A stretch of 58,865 bases of DNA, the filler included, from Squatina squatina (lineage: Eukaryota), in NCBI GenBank assembly GCA_031763465.1. It is 4 parts of 4 records of this genome, joined end to end, with 100 filler letters (N's around TTAATTAATTAA, not from the genome) between each part and the next. Parts side by side here need not be neighbours in the genome. Positions count along the whole stretch, not along the records: positions 44,929 to 58,865 come from JARFOE010000168.1; 3 more parts are not named here. One strand, 5' to 3'. The translations under genes and the position numbers were made by a program. Shown in pieces: positions 49,059 to 58,865 of this stretch (positions within the stretch are counted from its first letter, which is position 1; each line of letters opens with the position of its first letter). The notes under the pieces were generated by a model, which was not told the DNA's origin, did no database searches, and saw only the letters and a program-made list of their open reading frames with translations.

Positions 49059-50916
49059 AATAGTAAGTCAGCAAGTCAAACATTCAGCGTGGCCTCTGAA
49101 GGGCGTATTGTGCGATGTTGACGGCCACAGGAAGGGAATATTTAAAGTCAGACCAGTTGCCTGGAGCATTGTAACATTCACAGGTATGAAGAGGCCTGGT
49201 GTGAGTTGCAGTTTTACAAAACCTGTTGATTGTGTTGGTGCTCAGACAGGATGTTTCCTTCCAACTGTTTGCTTTCAAAATACTCTGGCCCGTGCCGTGG
49301 AATCAGCTTGAAACCACGGTAATGCTCTGTTTGGAAAATTTATACAGAGATAATAGCAACTCCTTAACAGTATCAATGAGGGAGCCTCTATTACTGGTTA
49401 TTATGCAAACATATTTTCTATACTAAATGCAAAAGAGCCAATAGTCTTATCCAATCAAAGTGTACATAAACACTACCAGCGAGGATGTTTTTTATATGCA
49501 AAGAGAACTTTAGATCCTGAGCTGTGGCAATGACCAACATTCCCAAAAGGCGACAGTAAATTTAAATCTCCAGATTAAATATTGTGAAGTACAAATACAT
49601 TGGTCCATGCTCTGACTGGACACTTCGATGAAGCGTCTGATTTAGAATATTTGTTTGTGTTTATAGTTAGTCAAATACCAAAAAATATTCAACGTTCCAG
49701 AATCAGAATGTTTAAATAAACAGTACTTTGACAGAGGTGGCTGTGATTTGTACATTGCTCACATTGTCGGAGGCCTTCGCTTGTGTTTGTCCATCTCACT
49801 GACACCAGCCCCACTCGCACATCTCCGTTCATGTGCAAAGAATAAAAAATATTATTTTTCAAATTGCGGGGAAGTAAATGGGGCAAACTTTGCACAATGA
49901 GAATGGATCATATTATAAAATATCAATGTGCTACGAGTCTGTTATGGCCCTGTTGCTGAAAATGGTCAATAACCTTCAATGGAACTGATGCAACTGTGGT
50001 GTTCACTTTAAAAAAAAATGTATGTCCCAGGTTGCTTTTTTTTTTAAAATGGTATTTTTCTCCCTCTCTTCTTTTAGGATGTGGTTTCCCTCCAATAAAA
50101 CATTTGTCCCATATGCATCCTTCTGCTGCACGGCAAGCAGGCAGAAAATCCCCTTCTCGGCCACTACCAAAGCTGCTCAGGAACCAGGTGCTGGAAGGGG
50201 CCCAAAAGTGGGTCAGGGATTGACCCTCCCCCTGATTTCTCTTCATTCCACTGGAGAACTGACTAGCCACTGCACAGTTTCTCAGTTCAGGGGTGACCTG
50301 AGGTGCCGGGGTTGGGGGGCGGTTGCGGGGGGTGGGGGGGGTTCTGGTGGGTTACATCATTCCACCAGTCTCTTCTCTTCTGATACTGGTGTGCACACAA
50401 ATGTTTTGTTCCATTTGTTTCCAGAATAGCAGTGACTGCACTTCATTGAATGTGAAGGACTTGGATGGTGTGATGTGACGGTGGGTAAATGCAGGTTCTC
50501 CCTGATTCCTTCACTGGCACCGGCTTAACGCACTCGCATTACATTCCTCTGTCTTGTTGCTTTAGTGGAGACAATGGCCTTGAAATTGCGATGTCCCCGG
50601 GGGGGGAACGATGTTCCCACACACCTGGGAGACATCGCAAAAGCCGGTTACGGGGCTGTACATCGTAAGCCCACATAACCAGCATTTGCGATCTGTCCGG
50701 ACAGATCCAACACTGAGGCTGCGAAGCCCATCCCCAGCACTGAGCTTTGCGATATTTTTGCAAAGCTTTCTGCTGGGGATCTCTTGAAANNNNNNNNNNN
50801 NNNNNNNNNNNNNNNNNNNNNNNNNNNNNNNNNNNNNNNNNNNNNNNNNNNNNNNNNNNNNNNNNNNNNNNNNNNNNNNNNNNNNNNNNGAGTCTGTTCT
50901 CCATTTGGCCCTTCAG

Positions 50917-51000
50917 ATGTCAACATACAAACGAGCCACCTTTGACGAGGATGACCTGATCGACTCCACGGTTGATGAAGTGTACCCAGAAGGAGCACAG
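50917..51000 (+). CDS. ECE1: Endothelin-converting enzyme 1, cytoplasmic-tail exon
   Basis: cttcag/gtagga splice sites; MSTYKRATFDEDDLIDSTVDEVYPEGAQ matches ECE1 MSTYKRATLDEEDL rather than ECE2. Confidence 0.9.
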
Positions 51001-51087
51001 GTAGGACATCTGAAATACAGCTTTTGTAGAATGTAACTGTGTGTATTTGTCTCTAACTGCTGTGCCCCGAATCCCTCGGCTCTTCCC

Positions 51088-51725
51088 AAACAACAAGTTG
51101 CATTTATATAGCGCTTTTAATGTGGTAACATGTCCCAAGGCGCTTCACGGGAGCGTTAACAAGCAAAATTTGACAGCGAGCCGCGTACGGCGATATTGGG
51201 GCAGAGGTCCAAAGGCTTGGTCATGTAGGTGGGTTATAAGGAGCGTCTTAAAGGAGGAAAGAGAGCAACGTTCCTTCTAAGCTGCATGGCCCCGGGACCG
51301 TCTTTCCCAATGTGAGATTTTGTGCATGTGCGAAACTTTGAAAGGTCCGCGCACCCAAGTTTAAAATTGGGGGGAACATTGAAAGAGAGGGAGGGAGGCA
51401 GAGAGGTTGAGAGAGGGAATTCCAGAGCTTAAGGCTTAGACAGCTGAAGGGTGGGGTTTAACAAGAGGCCAGAACTGGGGGGACGTGGAGTTCTCAGAGG
51501 GTTGAAGGGCGGAGGACCAAGGCCATGAAATGATTTGAACACAAGGATGAGAAATTTAAATTTATGGTGTTGCTGGACGGGGAGCAAGTGTAGATCATTG
51601 AGCACAGGGGTGTTGGGTGAGCAGAACTTGGTGCAAGTCCGGATTCGGGTGGCAGAGCTTTGAATGAATGAAGTTTACAGAGGGTGGAAGATGGGAAGCT
51701 GGCCAGAAGCATTGGAAGAGCCAAG
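51088..51725 (-). mobile_element. L2-like LINE 3' end, interrupted at about 51270-51380 by a short insertion
   Basis: Begins with the AACAACAAGTTGCATTTATATAGCGC tail and is the reverse complement of the 5045 family. The insert has short inverted ends (CAACGTTCC...GGAACATTG). Confidence 0.7.
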
Positions 51726-51931
51726 NNNNNNNNNNNNNNNNNNNNNNNNNNNNNNNNNNNNNNNNNNNNNNNNNNNNNNNNNNNNNNNNNNNNNNNNNNN
51801 NNNNNNNNNNNNNNNNNNNNNNNNNTAAGCCCACTTGAATCGAGTTCGTGCCTTAGTCATTCTGGAACATTCTTGTCCCCTCTCCCATGACCTATTTTTA
51901 TTTAGTAGTAATCTCGGAGTTTTTTTTTCAG

Positions 51932-52074
51932 GTGATAGCTCCAGCTGTCGATTGGCTGCCGTTGATTTCCGCTATCTTCTACCCAGTTGAGCTGAACGAC
52001 TCGGAGCCTGTGGTCGTCTATGCAAAGGACTATCTGCAGAAGGTCTCTGACCTCATTAACTCCACCGATAAATG
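51932..52074 (+). CDS. ECE1: ECE1 exon (peptidase M13 N-terminal domain)
   Basis: ttttcag/gtcaga splice sites; [47 protein letters not shown]. Confidence 0.9.
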
Positions 52075-53244
52075 GTCAGAGTCCATTTCCTTTATTTTTC
52101 TTTCTTCCTGTTCTTTTGTGTTCAGTACATAATAGAAAGATGACGCCACCATTGGGTCTTACTCTCGCTGCAGCTGCCCAGGATGTGCCCATTTTAGTGT
52201 AATGTGAAGGCACAATAACCAGACGAGGGGAAAGTCAAAGCCTTCGCATTATTTGCAATTGGGTGCTCACTAACAATTGTCCTCAGCTCTTGAGAAATTC
52301 TGTCGTGAAAAGCACGAAAGACGTATGTTGACAACGCACTTTGGCACATCTTTCACACGTAATGAATTACTTCAAAATGCAGACTGTTAGGTAGGTAAAC
52401 ATGGCAGCCATTTTTTGTAAAGCAAGATCCCAGCAGCAGCAATGAGGTGAACAAGCGGTTAATCTGCTTTGGTGGTACTGGTTGAAGGCCTCACCTACAA
52501 CCCACGAGAATCGCCAGGAATTGCCCTGGAATCTTTAAACCTCTACTTTTATTGCAGTTTAATGCCTCTTGTGAAGGGCACTGCCTCTAACAATGCAGCA
52601 CTCTTTTTAAGTACTGCATTTATCTATCTGCCTAGACTGTGAGCTCAGACTCCAAACGTGGGGGTCTCACCCAGTCTCTGATCCATAGCCATTAGTGCCA
52701 TCAGCGGAGCCAAATAGCACCATAACTTGACCAACTGCGAACTCCTCATCATCAAAATACTTCATTGGCTGTAAAGCACTTTCGGACATCTGAGGAAATC
52801 TCTCTCTTCCTCTTCCCCTCCCCCCACCCCGCTCTCTCTCGCTCCCTCCCCCTCTCCTTTGCTCACNNNNNNNNNNNNNNNNNNNNNNNNNNNNNNNNNN
52901 NNNNNNNNNNNNNNNNNNNNNNNNNNNNNNNNNNNNNNNNNNNNNNNNNNNNNNNNNNNNNNNNNNTTATATCTGCCTCCACCACCCTTTCAGGCAGCGC
53001 ATTCCAGATCATCAAAACTCGCTGCGTAAAATATTTCTGCTCAAGTCCCCTCAGGTTCTTTTGCCAGTTATCGTCAATCTGCGCCCTCTGGTTACTGACC
53101 CTTCTGCAAGTGGGAACTGTTTCGCCTTATTTGCTTTATCAAAACCCTTCATCGCCGCTGGCGCTGGTCGTTCTACTTCCAAAAGGCATCTCCTCAAAAG
53201 CTGTGCTTCGCACTGAAGCCATTTTTCATTCATTTTTGTGGCAG

Positions 53245-53435
53245 GGAGGGAGTATGACAAAGATGGCAACCTGAGGTCATGGTGGAAGAACTCCTCAGTC
53301 GAGGCCTTCAAACATCAGACTGAGTGCATGATCGAACAGTACAGTAACTACACCATCAACAGCGAACAAGTGAATGGCAAGCAAACGCTGGGTGAAAATA
53401 TCGCTGACAATGGAGGTTTGAAAGCAGCTTACCAT
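53245..53435 (+). CDS. ECE1: ECE1 exon (M13 catalytic domain)
   Basis: gcag/gtaagt splice sites; [64 protein letters not shown], including the ENIAD zinc-ligand motif. Confidence 0.95.
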
Positions 53436-55278
53436 GTAAGTACCTCTAACTCGCTGGGGTGCCTGGCGAACACCAGTGGTATCTGTTACAGACTTCCGAT
53501 TATCGTCACCTCTCTTCACTTGTGGAACTTTCCTGTGGGGCATTACGAATGAAGGGAGAGTCTCGTCTTGTCTTCAGCTCATAAATTAATTAGCTATTGT
53601 CTAAAAAAACAAAAAGCAATGGCAGACACCATATTGGAGGACCTCATTGAGTCACTTCCATGTGATATCACCATTGTGAAAGCCTGTTGGTGATGTCTGC
53701 GCATTTTTGGATGATTCTTGCTGCAACATTATTTTAAAAGGTAAAATACTATATCGTTACTCGCTGCTTAATATTTCCTTTCACGACAATACTAACTGGC
53801 CCAGATATTCCACTTTTGTAGAATTAGGGCACCTTCAGCATGACAGTATCTCCACCCGCCACAAGAATGCACCTCCGACAATGGCCGATTTTCTCATCTC
53901 TGAGTCATTATGGCAGGGTTACCATCTCTGCTAGGGATCTGCCTGGAGGGCAAAAAGTCAAGAGCCGCTGCAGCCCTGCATTCTCAGCAGTGACCATGGT
54001 GGCAGTAAATGTTCAATTTTTTTTAAATAAGCGTGTTTGCATAGACTGTTGGTCCATTTAAACTTTAAATAGTCCGTGGCAATGCTGGATGCCAGGAACA
54101 AACAGGACTCCCTAGTCTAGAACATAGAAAACATAGAAAAATAGATGCAGGAGTAGGCCATTCAGCCCTTCGAGCCTGCACCGCCATTCAACTCGATCAT
54201 GGCTGATCTTTCAACTCAGTACNNNNNNNNNNNNNNNNNNNNNNNNNNNNNNNNNNNNNNNNNNNNNNNNNNNNNNNNNNNNNNNNNNNNNNNNNNNNNN
54301 NNNNNNNNNNNNNNNNNNNNNNTGATGCCAGTGTTGTATATACCTGGGGATTTAGAGCTAGAAATTTGGGTGGCTGCTTGAGGGATGAAACTAGGGTGGG
54401 TTATCTTGTACCCAGGCATCGTGGTTGGATGGCACAAACTGCAACCACACTCACCTGCTGCTGGCTCAGTCCTGCTCTTCGAGACTCTCCAATTGTCTCT
54501 CTCCGTCTCCCGGCCTGCCTCTCTGCTCTTGCACTCTCTGGTTCTTCTGTCTCAGGGTCTTCTGCCCTTTTCCATCACACAGTAAAATCAGAATATCTTG
54601 CTCTCTGGGGAACCCATGCTAACTGATTCGGGAGCTAATAGATTATTTTTAAGGTTCTTTGATCAGAAAGTGACCACATCTACCAATTGGTGCACTGCAC
54701 CAGAGACAATGATGGGAACCATCTTATATATTTGGTACAACTGATCTGTGAGCACGGTAAACTATAGAGGTCAATGTGTAAAGCAAGGAAATCAGTATTT
54801 ATTTGCAGTAATGAAATTGTTTGTTTAGGAAAACCTCAACTGTTCCAGGAGGATTAAACATCAGCCAGAATTTCTCAGAGAAGACAGCTTGGAATATTCA
54901 TATTTAACTCTCAGCCCCATCTCTTACACCCCCGGGGGAGGGGTTTTCAAGTCCCTATCTCCCACTTCTACATGTGGCTGCCCACCACATCCTGCTACTG
55001 GAAGGTGCACTGCATTGGAGACATAATAAATAATTGAATTACCTTGTCCCCATACATTTTATAAAGTTTTTTTAAAAAATCGGAGGTATCTCAACTGTAG
55101 GCCGTATGAGGGAATGTTGGGCGGGGGCAGGGGGAGAATCGCTCAGAATTCCTGCTTCTGATTGCAATTGGTGCTGGAAAGTGGGAACATCAGGGGACCA
55201 GTGGTGAGGCTGTTTATGGTAAAGTAATGTGCCAACCCTCAGCACCAAGGCTTGCGTATGAAGAATGGCTATTGGGGT

Positions 55279-55626
55279 TAGGGTTGCCAACCCTCCAGAG
55301 TTGTCCTGGTGTATCCTAGTATTGAAGATTCATCTCCAGCAAACTGCTGCAAACAACCCGGGAGAACAATCATGGAGTGGTTAAAATATCAATTGTTTTC
55401 TTTGAGCACTTTTGACTTATTGGTCGCATTGGAGATGGGGGAAAAAGCTGTTTGACTGACAGCAAAGAATCATCCAATCGGGTAACGAGGCGTCTGTTCG
55501 CTTTCCACTTGGGTGAGAAAGTGGGATGCCCTGAAAGTAAATGAGTCAGGTGATTAGTGGTGGGGCGGGGCAGTTAGAGGTCATGTGATGAAACCTGGAA
55601 TATGTCCGACTGGAGTTGGCATCCTA
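55279..55626. mobile_element. hAT-like MITE with terminal inverted repeats
   Basis: Left end TAGGGTTGCCAAC, right end GTTGGCATCCTA (imperfect inverse); no clean target-site duplication. Confidence 0.6.
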
Positions 55627-57759
55627 TGTGGGTGAAGGTTCTGAAATTCTATCCCAAAAATGTCAGCATGAGTCACGGCTTCTGGGTGGAGGGAAGAGCA
55701 GTGATCAGGGGCATAAATTCACAAGCACAGGAGGAAATTTGGTTAAAGCTCACTTTACCATGCATTGAAATTTTAATTTATGTCTAATGATATTCCTGAA
55801 GTAAGTGAAATGGTATGAATGGAATCCTGCATATTATTAGCCGTATCACGGTTGTTAAAGATCAGTAATTAGCTAAATTAACAAGCTACGATACACAGGC
55901 TTTCCATCTACAAATATTTTGGCCCAGTGCCAGTAGCAGAATTTAAAGAACTATAATCAGTTTTTATAAAACTCTCCATCAGTCGGAGGAGGAGGGGTTT
56001 CAGGGGGTTGGTATCTCTGTTCGATTGGTATCCATCCTCCTGTCCCACCACAAGCCATGAGTCAGACACAGGGCTGGGCAACAAAACTGCCCTCAGTACC
56101 CAAAAGGAGAGACAGGTTTTGTATAACCCTGATCGTTGCTGAACTCATTAACTAGATGGGAGTGCCATGCATTGTTTTCTTGTTCACCTGAACGTGTGCC
56201 TCCTATTTGTAATGAATCACAATCTCCCCTCTTCATTTTTACCTTAATATTGGCTTGTTGTAAAGAGAAAATATTCGCACAATTATATTTTATTATGTAT
56301 CCAGACATGTTTTCTTGCAACATTGACAAATTTTATTTTGGGTGAGTACTGTTCTGGTAGTTTTGTACAAAGTCTTGTTAATGAGGTGTCCTGTTGANNN
56401 NNNNNNNNNNNNNNNNNNNNNNNNNNNNNNNNNNNNNNNNNNNNNNNNNNNNNNNNNNNNNNNNNNNNNNNNNNNNNNNNNNNNNNNNNNNNNNNNNAAT
56501 TCCTTTAGGGAAACCAGCCTTTAAAATACCAGTGGGCAACACAAGATCAGATCCTGGGAAACCTGCTCCACACATCGGGGTAAGTAACGCGGAACTGGCA
56601 GGACTTCCAGAAGACGACATTGTCCCACCAGCCCCACCAGCAAGAAGCACCTGCCCGACTTCTGGCGCACAAGCTGAAAGAAGAGGGCCCAACACCGAGT
56701 GTAACCATGTCCTGCCCCAAATTCCTCTTCTGCCTTCCGAGCTCGTGCAATTTCTCTGCCCCTCGGGCTGCGAATGTTTGTGGCTTTTGACATATCCCTG
56801 GTCAATGACGATGTCTGTTGTGTTAGAGGTGATTATCCTTTGTGTAAATGAGTTTTCCCACTCTGGACACCATAGCCCGGTAATGACTGTGAGGAATGTT
56901 CTCACACTAACATGCAACAGACTTGGACCAAATCCCTCTTTCAGCTACTTTAGTGGAGACATTAATTCATTTATTTTAAATTGCTTGTACAATATCATCA
57001 TTCACACTACTTCCCAGATTCTTATTCATCAATTTTGCAACCGGTTGCCGCACCATTCAGCAGCTCTGTATTGTAGCCACGTGCTTTATTCTAGGAAGAA
57101 ATGTGTGCAGTGTTTTCCTGCATTATCTCCCCAGAGGTTTCAGTGCCATGAATGACAGTGCTGTCTGTCTTGTTTTGATGCCACTTTGCACTGTTTACCA
57201 ACTGTGCATGTGGGGAACACGCAAGCCAAGAGCCTTGCTGTGTCACTGTGGTTCTCTGAGCCTTGTGATCCACAGTTAAACCTATGCTCCTTTGTATTTT
57301 AATCACACAAAATTTTACTCACAACAATTACTCTGGACATTTGAATCAGGCAACAAATTAAAATCTGAGTTCAATGTTGTGACTCGACCCTATTTTCACA
57401 GCTGTGGATGAAGGTTGCCAGGTGTTGTCACTTGAAACAGAAGCTGGTGCTATTTCTATGATCTCCCAGCTATTAATAAAGACTTTGTCAGCCACATTCC
57501 AGGGAGCCAACCACAACATTGCCCAATACAGGTCATTAGGCAGTAGGATGATCCAGAATACTGTATTCACTCTGAATACCAGCAGTGTGACTTGAGGTCA
57601 AATCCATTAATATATTTTCAACACTCCCTACCAAGCATGTGTTTATCTCTCAAGATTCTTAGGCCACAGAAACATTTGTGAGGTAGCATTTGACTGCCAT
57701 GTATACTGCTTATAGACTGCACTGAACTCTATTGGCAATTAACTGTTCCCCCATTCCGC

Positions 57760-58049
57760 AAATGAGTGTGGATTAATTAGGGAAAGCCAGCACAGATTTG
57801 TTGAAGGCAAATCGTGTTCAACTAACTTGATTGAGTTTTTTGATGAGGTAACAGAGAGGGTTGATGAGGGCAATGTGGTTGATGTAGTGTACAAAGTGCC
57901 ACATAATAGGCTTGCCAGCGAAGTTGAAATGTGTCAGCTATGGCTCAGTGGGTAGTCCCACTCCAGGGACTTGAGCATGTAAATCTAGGCTGACACTCCA
58001 ATGCAGTGCTGAGGGAGTGCTGCACTGTCGGAGGTGCTGTCTTTCAAAT
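57760..58049 (+). mobile_element. CR1 RT fragment followed by a Deu-domain SINE 5' part
   Basis: ESQHRFVEGKSCSTNLIEFFDEVTERVDEGNVVDVVY, then CAGCTATGGCTCAGTGGGTAG...GCTGACACTCCAATGCAGTGCTGAGGGAGTGCTGCACTGTCGGAGGTG. Confidence 0.8.
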
Positions 58050-58865
58050 NNNNNNNNNNNNNNNNNNNNNNNNNNNNNNNNNNNNNNNNNNNNNNNNNNN
58101 NNNNNNNNNNNNNNNNNNNNNNNNNNNNNNNNNNNNNNNNNNNNNNNNNACCAATGAGATTTAAGGATAGAGAAAGAAGCAGAGGTATGATGGAAACGGA
58201 AATAAGGTGAATTAGAGTCAAATGTGATACAGAAAGAGAAATAAAGAGATGGGAAGAAAGATTGGATTAAGAGAGAAAAATGAGACAGAAATGAAAAGTA
58301 AGAAAAAAATGTAAAAATTTAAAATTAAAATTTTTAAAAAACCTCTAGGAACAATTTACCAACTATAGGAAGCAGACTGCAATGTTTCAATTGTTCTCTT
58401 TCTGAATCCAAGAGGTTGAACGGCATTGCAGAAACATAAACCTCATTAAAAGGGTCCTTACGTGATTGAGTACCAGCCCTAACTTTCTGCAGTGATTTTA
58501 ATTAGTTTGAACAGCGCAAATCCAGCAATTTCTTGAAACTCATGAAGGTTGACAGCGAGCTCCCGTTTTCGTGAAGCTAACAGCGGAGCGGCACAAATTG
58601 TCCAGCAATTTGTGGCAATTTGCAACTCATGCCATATCTCTTCCTTGTCACAAATTGCTGGGTTATTTAAACAGTAATAACACCGTGCACACTAAACACA
58701 TGGTTATTTTCCCAGCAAATTCTGGGCCATTTTAATTACAATGAGAATAAAGTTCATTGAAGAGCCAAACCATTAGTATTTATCTCATCTAGAGCCTGGA
58801 GAGCTGATTGATCTGTAACTACTGAATGCATTTTTGAATGAGACTTGCACCTAAATGTTGAACAG

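Noticed and set aside
49223-49326. Minus-strand AG/GT-flanked open segment (HYRGFKLIPRHGPEYFESKQ...)
   Set aside because: Weak donor (gttttg), no recognisable protein and no partner exons.

Overview
This window is eukaryotic, vertebrate genomic DNA. The repeat content (Deu-domain SINEs, CR1, L2-like, RTE, Penelope-like, PIF/Harbinger) suggests a cartilaginous fish; that is my inference. It is a fragmented draft assembly with many 10-N and 100-N gaps. Three artificial N44-TTAATTAATTAA-N44 spacers divide it into four unlinked blocks. Block 1 (1-17062): one RO60 exon, a probable GLRX2 exon, three CDC73 exons, and B3GALT2 nested antisense in a CDC73 intron. Block 2 (17163-31153): NIPA2, NIPA1, a GC-rich MPEG1/perforin-2, an unidentified mucin-like single-pass membrane protein exon, and four HERC2 exons. 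Block 3 (31254-44828): a decayed two-gene Harbinger transposon and MYH10-like exons, the last fused in frame to an Mx GTPase exon across a 20-nt shared sequence. Block 4 (44929-58865): ECE1 exons. I found no prokaryotic system, CRISPR array or intact mobile element. The most striking signals (MYH10-Mx fusion, NIPA2-Penelope junction) are more likely assembly chimeras than biology until reads show otherwise. The best candidate for real novelty is the mucin-like membrane protein beside MPEG1. Gene calls come from my recall of vertebrate orthologues; no searches were run.
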